From positions 96,001 through 160,000 of the forward strand of contig CAVXLD010000011.1 in assembly GCA_963762565.1 (NCBI GenBank): DNA of 64,000 nt. The letters run 5' to 3'. The stretch's first letter is position 1; the number at the start of each line of letters is the position of its first letter. The position numbers and the translations under genes were made by a program. This DNA is from an uncultured Verrucomicrobiae bacterium. Its GTDB lineage: Bacteria; Verrucomicrobiota; Verrucomicrobiia; Chthoniobacterales; JAFAMB01. Below are positions 19,454 through 28,959 of the stretch, piece by piece. The notes below the pieces were generated by a model. It made no database searches and was not told where the DNA came from. It worked only from the letters and a program-made list of their open reading frames with translations.

Positions 19454-20377
19454 TCACTTCTCTCCCTTACCCAGCACCTTGGAGAGTGCGAGCTCGTTGA
19501 TCGCGACGGGAGTCTGTTGCAACAGCTTGCCCAGGTAAGCCTGGCTGTTCGACTGCGTCTTCTCTTTCCGGAGCTGCTGCGCCAATGCCGCCCGGACCTC
19601 CTCCAGAGTCGGCGTATACGCTTCCTTGATGTCCAGCACCTTGATAATATGCCAACCATCCTCGAGGCGAAGTGCTTCCGAGACAGTATTTTTGCTAAGC
19701 GAACCAAGCTGTGATCGCACTTCAGGTTGGATCTGGTTCTCGGTCAACCAACCGATTTCGCCTCCGCGAGCGGCGCTTTCCGATTCCTCACTATTGGCTT
19801 TGGCGATCGCGCCAAAATCTGCGCCCGATTGGTGGAGACTCTTTTTTATAGTCTCCAGCTTCGCTTGAACTTTATCGGCGGTGGCTTTATCAGCGTTCTT
19901 CGGAAGCGCTAGGAAAATCTGCGCGAGCCGAATTTGTTTGGGAACCAGTAATTGCGTTTTTCTGGCTTCATAAGCGGCTTGCAGCTCGGTTTCGCTCGGA
20001 TAACTATCGGCCGGCTTGGAAACGGATTGCAAGTAGCTCTCGACCACCGCGTTGTCGCGTGCTCGTTGAATCAGCGTGGCGACGGCGGGCTCTTGATCCC
20101 AGTGCTTGGCTAAAGCTTCCTTCAAAACGACTCGTCGCATCAGGAGCGTCCGGACTGTCTGGCTCAGCAAACTCGGATCGCGCGCCAGAGCGGCCTGGTC
20201 CCGCGCATCCAAACTTTCAATCGCGCTACGAATCTCATCCAGCTTTACCTCCGCATCTCCGACTCGGGCGATCACGGTGGAATCCGAATTTCCTGGGTCA
20301 GCGGCGGCTGCAGCATAAGCTCTTTGGCTAACCGCTACCCAACTTGCAGCGAATAAACAGGAGACAAAAAATCTCAC
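19454..20377 (-). CDS. PpiC/parvulin-type peptidyl-prolyl isomerase (SurA/PrsA-like chaperone)
   Basis: IRLAQIF, DFGAIAKANSE, GGEIGW, GWHIIK; start GTG 20377 inferred (ORF open to 20521). Confidence 0.88.
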   Translation of the reverse strand: MRFFVSCLFAASWVAVSQRAYAAAAADPGNSDSTVIARVGDAEVKLDEIRSAIESLDARDQAALARDPSLLSQTVRTLLMRRVVLKEALAKHWDQEPAVATLIQRARDNAVVESYLQSVSKPADSYPSETELQAAYEARKTQLLVPKQIRLAQIFLALPKNADKATADKVQAKLETIKKSLHQSGADFGAIAKANSEESESAARGGEIGWLTENQIQPEVRSQLGSLSKNTVSEALRLEDGWHIIKVLDIKEAYTPTLEEVRAALAQQLRKEKTQSNSQAYLGKLLQQTPVAINELALSKVLGKGEK

Positions 20378-20540
20378 GCAAAGACGCAAAGACGCAAAGC
20401 TTCTAGTAAAGACGGTCGCCACGCCTGGACTTTTTCTTGTGGGCACCGAGAAGGTCTGCCATTCAGGGCGGTTGGCGTTTCTCGAAAAGTCACAGTGGCG
20501 TTCACAAATATTAGTCTTCATCTTTGCGTCTTTGCGTGAG
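20372..20540. repeat. Hairpin element with inverted (CGCAAAGA)n arms
   Basis: CTCACGCAAAGACGCAAAG at ~20373 and CTTTGCGTCTTTGCGTGAG at 20522-20540; single arm at ~57298. Confidence 0.85.
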
Positions 20541-20560
20541 TTTTTATCTGTGTCTTCGGG

Positions 20561-21244
20561 TTAGTGTTTAGAGGGCGCGGGTGAAGCTTTAGGCGCCGGC
20601 GGTACCGAAGCGCCCGGCTTGATCGTCTGATCCAACAATTTATCAGAATAGTCCTGGACCAGGTTCTGGAGTTTCACTTTGGTAATCCCAACGAAAGGTT
20701 CGCGTGCCGTGATCGCGGTACCAAGCCCGAACTTTTCGTACCGGCTCAGAATGTCTTTTCCCAGATCATACAGAGCCAGGTTCTTGGTTTCATCATCCTC
20801 TACTCGTCGTTGCAACACGATTGCCTGCGACTCGAACTTCGCCCGCTGAGCTTCCTTGGTGTTGGCCAGCTCAACGGCTTTATTGTAGGCGTCCTTCCAT
20901 TTGTCCAAGGCATCTTTCATCTGACTGATCAGCGTGTTCTGATCGGTCACCTTGGCGTTAAGATCAGCCATCGCTTTGGTAGCAGCATCTTTATCGGCGG
21001 CAGCTTGTTTGGTGAGTTCGTCGAGGCGGTCGCTAAGTTCTTTCTTTGCTTTTTCGCTTTCAGTTTGAGCGCTCTGTAACGTCGCCACCTGGTTTTGGGC
21101 ATCCCGGAGCTGCAACATCGTGCTGCGCAGCATCCCCCGCAGCCGCTCTTCGGGTGAGTTTGCTTGATCTGCTGCGCGCACTTTTGAGTTGGCCAGAAAC
21201 GAGGCGAACAAACAGAGAAGAATGATGGGAAATTTTCTACGCAT
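20561..21244 (-). CDS. Periplasmic coiled-coil protein of the TPS/TonB cluster
   Basis: Signal MRRKFPIILLCLFASFLA; long heptad region; AREPFVGITKVKLQNLVQDY C-terminus. Confidence 0.82.
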   Translation of the reverse strand: MRRKFPIILLCLFASFLANSKVRAADQANSPEERLRGMLRSTMLQLRDAQNQVATLQSAQTESEKAKKELSDRLDELTKQAAADKDAATKAMADLNAKVTDQNTLISQMKDALDKWKDAYNKAVELANTKEAQRAKFESQAIVLQRRVEDDETKNLALYDLGKDILSRYEKFGLGTAITAREPFVGITKVKLQNLVQDYSDKLLDQTIKPGASVPPAPKASPAPSKH

Positions 21245-21246
21245 AA

Positions 21247-23292
21247 CTAGAATTGAGCGCCGATGTCGAATTGGAATACGTCGGATTTGAACGGAGGTCC
21301 TGAGACCGAGTTGGCGCTGTAGTAATGGAACCCAACATAAACAGCCGGTGTCAGCGCGAGACTGCCGAATATGGTGTAACCTTTCAGGTTGGTGCCGTTG
21401 AGAGGTGTACCGAAATCCGAGTCGTTGAAGCCATCGATCACCGCGTCTGACTCCACATAACGGTACCCGATGCCGAGGTTCCAATCCCACCGTTTCTGCA
21501 GCACGGGTGCGCCGAGCGTTAGATAGACGTTCCAGGCGCTGTTTCCGCCCTCGTAGGTACCTAGGGTTCCACCGGTGGAGGTGCTTCGGTTATTCACTGC
21601 CTTCGCTGCCACAGCGCTTTTATCAAACGCCGTGTTCGTTACCCATTCAGCGGTCAACGATAATTGGAACGGTTCGAAACGGTTATATTCCAGTCTTCCA
21701 GTCACAGCGACCTCATGGAACGGAGTTGCCAGCCCGTAGTATTGAAACTGGTCGATTTGGCCGAAGTCATTGGCGGAGGTGGGCAAGATATTGCGCAGAG
21801 CCATGTAGGTATTACCGTTCTGGGCAAATGCCGGACGGAGGTCATCCGTATTTCCTTGGTCCGTGCTGGTTAGCGGTACGAACGGGGTGGAAAGTTTGCC
21901 CTCGATATTATTGAAATCGTAAAAGGCGCCGGCCACTTTCATGTGAAAGTCGCGGGTTATACTCCAATTGGTCCCTCCCTGGACCGCGTAAAGATATTTA
22001 TCGGTGCTGTCGTATTTGGAGGGAAGCGTATTCGGGAAGTTAAAGTCAGTGTTGTACACCGGGAACGCACCTGCCGTCAGGAAGGGCACCAGGCCTCTAA
22101 GGATCTCGTATCGCCCGCTGATCACCGCCCCGTCGAACCCAAGGTCATTTGCCCATATCAAAGTGGTGGAGAAAAACGGATTATCCATCCGGCCGACCGT
22201 AACAGTGAGATCCCGTTCCGGTAGCCCACCGATCTCCCATTTAAGAAAAGCGCGATCGAGCCAAATCGAATATTTCTGAAAGTTGCCACCCTGGGCGGAA
22301 TTAGCATTGCCGAGTGTCTGGTTCTCGGTAACCGGCGAATCATTTTCACCGGTGGCGCCGCGGATACCGAGACTGAATCCGTCGCCCAAATCGACATTCA
22401 GACCGACTCGGACGCGAAATCGGAATCGATCACGGTCTTTGTCCACGTTGTACTCAGGCGGGAACGAGGTACCGGCGGTATCGAAAGGGGCGCCTGTATT
22501 GATCGCGTTAAAGTTAGGAAAAGCGCCGGTGTTGTCATTACCGCCCGGGAAATTGTCGAGCTCATAGCGAAGGCGAATATCGCCGAAGGGAGTGACCCGG
22601 GAGACCCACTCCGGCACCGATGCCGGCAAACCTAATTTTTCATCCCGCAGCACGTCTTGTTCGATTTGGTCTCGCAGCTGGTTCTTCACAACCTCCGGAA
22701 TGTAGGTAACCCTGACCGTGTTATCCGGGCCTGGCTGCAAAGCGGGCGGTATCTCTTCCTGGGGTGGTGAAGAAGCTGGGGGAACATTCTGGGCCTGAGC
22801 CGTTGCGTTCTGGAGTTCTCCGTTGGGTGGCAACAGCCCGGACTGAGCGAAATCCGAGCCCTGAACCAGAGTGGCGCTCGCTTTTGCCGCTTCCTCTTTG
22901 GCCTTAGCGGCATCAGCCTCCGCCTGCTGGATAAGGTCGGACGCCTCGTCCTTACTCAGTACTCCTTTTTGCACGAGCCGGTTAATCAGATTGATCACCA
23001 CGTTCTGAGACGGTGTGGGCGATGGTTCAGGAGTTGGTGAGCCTGAGGGCGGTGATCCAGGATTTGTTGGCGATGCTGCCGGACTGGGCGATGCCGCCGC
23101 CACTGGCGATCCCTTCGGACTAGGTGACGCCAGCGGAGCCGGCGAGGGTGGGGCGCCATTCTCAGAGGTTGGCGAACTCTGAGGGGTAGGAGAATTGGCT
23201 GGGTCCGCGGCATGTACGGTTGCCACGGACACAAAACAGATAACCAATAACAACAATCCCGGCCGGCGGAACAGAATTTTTCTATAGTTCAT
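21247..23292 (-). CDS. Putative porin (Porin_5 family) with Pro-rich N-terminal periplasmic extension
   Basis: Signal peptide; GDIRLRYE, RDRFRFRVRVG, LDRAFL; C-terminal Phe (QFDIGAQF). Confidence 0.85.
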   Translation of the reverse strand: MNYRKILFRRPGLLLLVICFVSVATVHAADPANSPTPQSSPTSENGAPPSPAPLASPSPKGSPVAAASPSPAASPTNPGSPPSGSPTPEPSPTPSQNVVINLINRLVQKGVLSKDEASDLIQQAEADAAKAKEEAAKASATLVQGSDFAQSGLLPPNGELQNATAQAQNVPPASSPPQEEIPPALQPGPDNTVRVTYIPEVVKNQLRDQIEQDVLRDEKLGLPASVPEWVSRVTPFGDIRLRYELDNFPGGNDNTGAFPNFNAINTGAPFDTAGTSFPPEYNVDKDRDRFRFRVRVGLNVDLGDGFSLGIRGATGENDSPVTENQTLGNANSAQGGNFQKYSIWLDRAFLKWEIGGLPERDLTVTVGRMDNPFFSTTLIWANDLGFDGAVISGRYEILRGLVPFLTAGAFPVYNTDFNFPNTLPSKYDSTDKYLYAVQGGTNWSITRDFHMKVAGAFYDFNNIEGKLSTPFVPLTSTDQGNTDDLRPAFAQNGNTYMALRNILPTSANDFGQIDQFQYYGLATPFHEVAVTGRLEYNRFEPFQLSLTAEWVTNTAFDKSAVAAKAVNNRSTSTGGTLGTYEGGNSAWNVYLTLGAPVLQKRWDWNLGIGYRYVESDAVIDGFNDSDFGTPLNGTNLKGYTIFGSLALTPAVYVGFHYYSANSVSGPPFKSDVFQFDIGAQF

Positions 23293-23334
23293 AGTCGGCG
23301 AAGTAAGTTGCTAAGCGGAAGACGAAAGGAATGG

Positions 23335-24054
23335 TTAGGTTGAGCGGTGTGCGGTAACTCGTAGAACAATCGGCATCGGCATATCCGAGGGCGGCGCCTC
23401 TTTGAGCTGGAGACCGGTCAGGACTTCATTCGTGATTGCGCTATCGACTGCCGGGTCACCGGTGCTCCCAACTAGCTGGGCTTTGGTTACCCGGCCGGTG
23501 TTATTGGCCCAGATCCGAATCTTGACTCCGGGAATGGACGCAGACTTGGTTCGGCTATTTGCCCGCAGCGCTTCTTCGATCCTGGCCTGAACTTGAGCTG
23601 CGTACCAGCCGAAGCGGCTACCACCACCACTGCCGCCTCCATCCAGTAAACCGTTGCCGCCTGGTCGGCCGACCAATCCAAATGAATCTCCTTGTCCTTC
23701 TCCCTTGGCATTTACACCTAGCGGACCGGGCGGCGCTTCTTTCTTACTGGCTTCTTTTGGCTTATCATCCGGATGGAGCGGTTTTGTTTCCGGCTCTACC
23801 ATCTGTTTCTGCTCCATCATTTGCTGCTGAGGCTGGGGCGTGGATTGAGGCTGTGGCGGTGGCGGCGTTGGTGTCGAGACCGGCGGCAGCAGCTTAACGA
23901 AAGTCATTGGTGCGACTCTGGCGGTTGGCTCTTTGGTGGTGAGCGTCTTGATAGCCAGTGTGATCGGCGCGATCAGAATGACGGCGCCGCCCACCCAGAT
24001 CAGGTAGCGAAACCTCCGGTAAAAACCTAACTCTTGTTCGTCGCCAGGATCCAT
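23335..24054 (-). CDS. TonB/TolA-like energy transducer
   Basis: N-terminal TM, Pro/Gln-rich spacer, TonB_2-like C-domain (GSTGDPAVDSAI). Confidence 0.85.
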   Translation of the reverse strand: MDPGDEQELGFYRRFRYLIWVGGAVILIAPITLAIKTLTTKEPTARVAPMTFVKLLPPVSTPTPPPPQPQSTPQPQQQMMEQKQMVEPETKPLHPDDKPKEASKKEAPPGPLGVNAKGEGQGDSFGLVGRPGGNGLLDGGGSGGGSRFGWYAAQVQARIEEALRANSRTKSASIPGVKIRIWANNTGRVTKAQLVGSTGDPAVDSAITNEVLTGLQLKEAPPSDMPMPIVLRVTAHRST

Positions 24055-24171
24055 GTGGGTTAGCGGTTTCTCAATCGTTCTCGTCCTCGTCCTCGATCGG
24101 CCCTTCGCGTTTACAGTCCTAAGCCGCAATTTGCTACCGGCTATTTGCTATTTGCTATTCCATCTGCTCCC

Positions 24172-24576
24172 TCATTTAACTAACGGCTTAGTAGCCAGAC
24201 CTACCTGAGTAATTCCAACCCGGCCCAGCAAATCCAGTACGTCCATAATCTTCTGATATTGGGTTTGACCATCGCCGCGTACGACGACAGGGAAATCGGG
24301 GGTTTGCGCCTTAATCTGGCTTAACCGTTGGGCTAGCTCCTCAAGTGTAACCGGAATGGTATCCAGAAAGATCTTGCCTTCGTTAGTTACGGTGATGGCT
24401 TTCGTCTGCGGTTTCGCCAGGCTCGGGGCGGCGCTGGCCTTAGGTAAATTGACCTTTAATCCCTGCACCGACGCTGTCGTCATGATGATGAAAATTACGA
24501 GCAGCACGTACGCTAGATCGAGCATCGGCGTGATATTAATATCGTCGTACGGTTTCTCTTCAGATTGAACTTGCAT
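24172..24576 (-). CDS. exbD: Biopolymer transporter ExbD/TolR
   Basis: INITPMLDLAYVLLVIFII; VNLPKA; VVRGD. Confidence 0.93.
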   Translation of the reverse strand: MQVQSEEKPYDDINITPMLDLAYVLLVIFIIMTTASVQGLKVNLPKASAAPSLAKPQTKAITVTNEGKIFLDTIPVTLEELAQRLSQIKAQTPDFPVVVRGDGQTQYQKIMDVLDLLGRVGITQVGLATKPLVK

Positions 24577-24587
24577 AGGATTAGAAT

Positions 24588-24757
<170 letters not shown>

Positions 24758-24766
24758 TTTTGATTG

Positions 24767-26611
24767 TTATTCTCTAACGAACTCATCGGGCTTGCTGCTG
24801 TAGAACTCGGCCATCTTGGTGGTGAATTCGTCGATGAACACTTGCATGTCGCTGGTCATCGATTTGATCCGAGTAAGCAAATAGTTGTAACCAAAGAGTG
24901 AGGGAATGGCGACGCCGAGACCGGCAACAGTCGCCACCAAGGCGGCGGCGATACCGGGTGCGATCGAGTTGACGTTGACGTCGCCCGCCGCGGCGATGGC
25001 GGCAAAGGTAATCATCACGCCCACTACCGTACCTAGCAGTCCTAGGAATGGACCGCCGGAAATCGCTAGCGTCAGAAACACCATCAAGTTATTTAGTTTC
25101 TGCGTTTCGCGGACCAGGCCGCCATCGAGGCTCGCCCGGATAGCTTCAATTGATGATGCAGATAATACCTTGGATCCGGGCCCGGTCATACGCCGCCGAA
25201 TTTCTTCGGCCCCGATATGATAGATGCGATAGATAGCAGCGCGCCGGATCACCCGGCTGCCGATCTTGTCGAAACGCGCATCCAAAGCTTTAACATCCCG
25301 TTCGTTGTTGGAATCCAAGGCAGTAAGATCCCGCGAAATATGGTCCCATTCCTTAAGGAAACGATCGTTGCCCTTACCAACACTGTTGAGGTAGGCGAGC
25401 CGGTTGAACATCACGAACCAGCTAAAGAGTCCCATCAATATCAGGATTCCAATGACAACCCAACCGTCCGGTGTTACCGACTTCAGGATGACGCCGAAAT
25501 AGCCTCCGCTGAGCCAGCTTGACGTCTGTTCGTCCTCACCGTAGGTGAGTAACTTGGAGGTATCGCCGGGTCCCTGGTTTGTGGCGATAAATTTGATCAG
25601 CCCGGGTGATAGACTGACCTTCGAAATCTCCAATTCATCCATTTCCCCTTTGAACCCGGCGCCGTTAGGATCACCGCCCAAGATAGGTGCACTGGTCATT
25701 GCCGGCACCCTGGCGCTGAGCGTACCGTACGATTCGCCATCGACGTACAGGGTGATCATCGATCCGTTAGAGGCGATGGCTAAATGGTGCCAAGTCTTAG
25801 CCGTTAACGGCGTTCCAGAATTCGTGCGACCAGAGCCTCCGGATCCGTTGACCTCGACATAAGGCACGCCGTTATCCAGACCGATCACGAAACTCGATCC
25901 GTTATCTCGACGACTATACAGCGCGGTGTTCGGTTGTAGCTCGTCGGCATTAACCCATGCGCTCCAGGTAAATGTTGCTCCATCGCTCCAGGCCAGGGAC
26001 GGAGAATCGGAAAGGGTAATATTGTTCTGGCCGTCATACCGTACGCCATTCCCAATCAGAGAGCCCTCTACTTTGGTAGCGGCCGTTTTAGCGTTGTTGC
26101 CATAGCTGGTCACATCGACCGGCGGCTCTTCCGTAAAATGATAAACCAGGAGGGTTTCGGGATCGTAGGTGACTTTTGCGTTATCTACCCGGGACGCACC
26201 GTTCCCGGTGTTACCATAGTAGAGCCAGAAAGCAGTTTTGGCTCCCGGCGCCACATTAGGAATTTTTACCCAGATAAAGGCTTCGTTAAGGAGGGAATCG
26301 TATTTCTCGACGTGATACGTAAGCAGGGTCTTATCATCGGCGGCAATGAAGCGGATATCGCTGCCGTCGTCCTTAGCGGCCCCGAATTGAAAATTACCGT
26401 CATGCAAGCGCAATAGAACGACCGCGGGTCCTATCGGTTGGTTAATCGCGACTCCGGTGGCAGAAGTGTCGATCGTAATTTTCTTGCGGATCGACCACTC
26501 GCCATTCCACCAGGCCTTGGCCTGGCCTGTGAGAAACAGAGCGATGCCGAAAACTAACAAAAAAACGTTTAGCTTTGAGAGGTTAAACGGTAGGGATGAA
26601 TTCCCGCTCAT
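24767..26611 (-). CDS. exbB: DUF2341 + LamG (ConA-like) + MotA/TolQ/ExbB fusion
   Basis: WWNGEWSIRKKITID and DGSDIRF (DUF2341); WHHLA..ITLYVDG (LamG); GPFLGLLGTVVGVM...ALVATVAGL (ExbB). Confidence 0.9.
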   Translation of the reverse strand: MSGNSSLPFNLSKLNVFLLVFGIALFLTGQAKAWWNGEWSIRKKITIDTSATGVAINQPIGPAVVLLRLHDGNFQFGAAKDDGSDIRFIAADDKTLLTYHVEKYDSLLNEAFIWVKIPNVAPGAKTAFWLYYGNTGNGASRVDNAKVTYDPETLLVYHFTEEPPVDVTSYGNNAKTAATKVEGSLIGNGVRYDGQNNITLSDSPSLAWSDGATFTWSAWVNADELQPNTALYSRRDNGSSFVIGLDNGVPYVEVNGSGGSGRTNSGTPLTAKTWHHLAIASNGSMITLYVDGESYGTLSARVPAMTSAPILGGDPNGAGFKGEMDELEISKVSLSPGLIKFIATNQGPGDTSKLLTYGEDEQTSSWLSGGYFGVILKSVTPDGWVVIGILILMGLFSWFVMFNRLAYLNSVGKGNDRFLKEWDHISRDLTALDSNNERDVKALDARFDKIGSRVIRRAAIYRIYHIGAEEIRRRMTGPGSKVLSASSIEAIRASLDGGLVRETQKLNNLMVFLTLAISGGPFLGLLGTVVGVMITFAAIAAAGDVNVNSIAPGIAAALVATVAGLGVAIPSLFGYNYLLTRIKSMTSDMQVFIDEFTTKMAEFYSSKPDEFVRE

Positions 26612-26839
26612 CCGGAAAGTCCGGCGATTGACCCGGTGAACCGCACAAGAATGATTTGGTTCCGCCAGGTGCTTTAGCTGCGCTGATTGACTCTGCATTG
26701 GTGGCTAGAAGACTTCGATGTTTTCTGAAAATCGTTGGTTCTAAGCAGCCCTTAAACCGGCGCGTTTGCGCCGGTTTAAGGGCCATCTAACCCGCAATCG
26801 ACCTGTTGCTTTCTCTCTCATGTATTTTTTGCGGGTTAG

Positions 26840-28618
26840 TTAGAAGTCGGCCCATAGTCGGAAAATAAACCGCACCTCATGCGCAGTAGTGTCCTGAGAG
26901 CTGATCATCGGGACAGCGATATCCAGTGAACCGTTGAAATGCTGATACAGCTGGATGCGGCTCCCGAATCCCCAGCTAGCCAGGTCAAAAACATCGTTCT
27001 GCTCCGGGAGCGGTTCTCGTATCGTTAAGGTGCCGGCATCTAGAAACGCGTAAAAACGCCACTCATCTTCTTTCTTATGCATCCAGCTCAGTAATGATGG
27101 GCTGCGCAATTCAACGGTCCCGAAAATGCCGTTATCACCTAGTTCCTCGGCTTCGTAATAACCGCGTACGGTTCCCAAGCCGCCGCCACCGATCTGCTCA
27201 CTATTCACCAATGGCTGATCGGCAACCTGGCCTTGTACCTTGGCATAGACCTGCATGCCTCCCGGCAAATCATGGGTATGAGATAAATCGCCCCGGAAGT
27301 AGATGAAGTTACCGCTGGCCTTAAACCGGGTGTTATCGAACTCGTTATCTTTGCTGCCCAATCCTCGGATACCGAAAGTAACCCCAGCGTTCAGATCGGT
27401 TTCCGAACCTTTCGGAACCCATGTCGCGGTATAAACCGCACTAACCGGATAGTAAGTGATCGGTGAGGTAAGCGCTCCAGTAGTGAGACCGACGCGTTGA
27501 TCGAAATGCTTCCAATCGAAACCGGCGCTGATCGACTCATAGAAATCTTTCCCGGCCGGCAACGTGAAAATACCGCGCATCCCGAAGATCGAACCCTTTC
27601 CGGCAACCGCGATGCTACCCAGCGTCGATACGTCGCTATTTTGCTTGGTCCCTTGCAGGAGGAGGCTGAATCCCTCGAATCCAGGGAAACGCGCTAAATA
27701 ATAACCGGAGAAAACTTCAGCGTCGCTCAGGTTTTCAGGTGCGATTTGAAAACTGAAACCGGCCGAATGTCCGAGTTGCCAGAAATTGTTATAACTAATT
27801 GAGCCATTGAGCCGGAGGGACGTCGTGTCGGGGCTGTTACGATCATTCAGCTCCAAACTCCCGTGCAACGGAAGGGTGTCTTTAACGTTAAGATCGATGT
27901 CCACCGTTCCCGGTTCCACTCCGGCGCGCAAAGTCGGTGTGATCCGTCGATCCGGTAATTGGTTAAGAGCCACAATGTCACGGGTCACATCGTTGAAGTT
28001 GGGAACGGTCCCTTCGGCGAGAGAGGGCGCCTGTTTCCGGATCTGGCTCAACGAAAAGTAACGCGAACCGAGGATGCGAAGCCGGCCAACCTTGCCTTCG
28101 ATCACTTGTAAGACCACCACACCATTCCGAACCTGCTGGGGCGGGATCTGTACGGCAACGGTCTGATATCCCTTATCCTGATAAGCCTTCTCCAGCGCAG
28201 CTCGTGCATGTTCTACATCCTCAGTAGTCCGGCCTGGACCGAGGTAAGGATAAACGGCCTCCTCTACCTCCAACGGAGTCAGCTTGTGCGACCCTTCAAC
28301 CCGATACTCTTGAATATAGATCTGCCGTTCATCTTGGCCTGAGCTCGTCGAATGGGCCTGCCCTGAGCCTGTCGAAGGAGCCTGCCCTGAGCTTGTCGAA
28401 GGGGTCTGCGCGTTCAATGACAATGGCGCTGTCGTTAAGACCGCCCAGAACCAATAAATGATAACAAGGAATCGCCGGCTTCCTGCCCAAATCGTGATGA
28501 CATCAAACACCGTCGCCGCAGCGACGGTGTGATCGCGCGCCCAATATTCTTTTGGGCTGATCCTTTCCGCTGTCATTTGTAGCAGTTGCCATCTTGGCAC
28601 TTCTGAATTTGCCACCAC
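26840..28618 (-). CDS. ShlB/FhaC/HecB TpsB transporter
   Basis: POTRA domains (YQDKGY, VIEGKVGR), VRGY motif, C-terminal Phe; start uncertain. Confidence 0.92.
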   Translation of the reverse strand: MVANSEVPRWQLLQMTAERISPKEYWARDHTVAAATVFDVITIWAGSRRFLVIIYWFWAVLTTAPLSLNAQTPSTSSGQAPSTGSGQAHSTSSGQDERQIYIQEYRVEGSHKLTPLEVEEAVYPYLGPGRTTEDVEHARAALEKAYQDKGYQTVAVQIPPQQVRNGVVVLQVIEGKVGRLRILGSRYFSLSQIRKQAPSLAEGTVPNFNDVTRDIVALNQLPDRRITPTLRAGVEPGTVDIDLNVKDTLPLHGSLELNDRNSPDTTSLRLNGSISYNNFWQLGHSAGFSFQIAPENLSDAEVFSGYYLARFPGFEGFSLLLQGTKQNSDVSTLGSIAVAGKGSIFGMRGIFTLPAGKDFYESISAGFDWKHFDQRVGLTTGALTSPITYYPVSAVYTATWVPKGSETDLNAGVTFGIRGLGSKDNEFDNTRFKASGNFIYFRGDLSHTHDLPGGMQVYAKVQGQVADQPLVNSEQIGGGGLGTVRGYYEAEELGDNGIFGTVELRSPSLLSWMHKKEDEWRFYAFLDAGTLTIREPLPEQNDVFDLASWGFGSRIQLYQHFNGSLDIAVPMISSQDTTAHEVRFIFRLWADF

Positions 28619-28959
28619 ACCGAACGACTTTTCACGGCAGTTCAGATCTCGGGTAGAGGTTCAGTTTCCTAGCACTCATTTGCCCGGTCAAACAAGTGCT
28701 CGATTGTTACGATCCTGCGACAATCGGGTGTGAAAGGTGAGAGGTGAGAGGTGATTGCTGGGCGCGTGGTGAGTTGAGGAGATTGCTGAGCGCTGATGAC
28801 GTCCCAATCTAGTAGGAGTACGAGGACTAGAGTCTTCGGCCGAACAGGACTTAGGCGACTCGATGGACTTACGAATGAGTTCCCACAATTCGCATGATTT
28901 TCAGAGATCCCCCCTGTGATCAGGCCGGCGCTAGCGCTCCCTGACTTGCTCACCAATCA

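Noticed and set aside
21245..21490. Long N-terminal extension of the coiled-coil ORF
   Set aside because: Overlaps the porin 3' end; ATG 21244 begins a signal peptide
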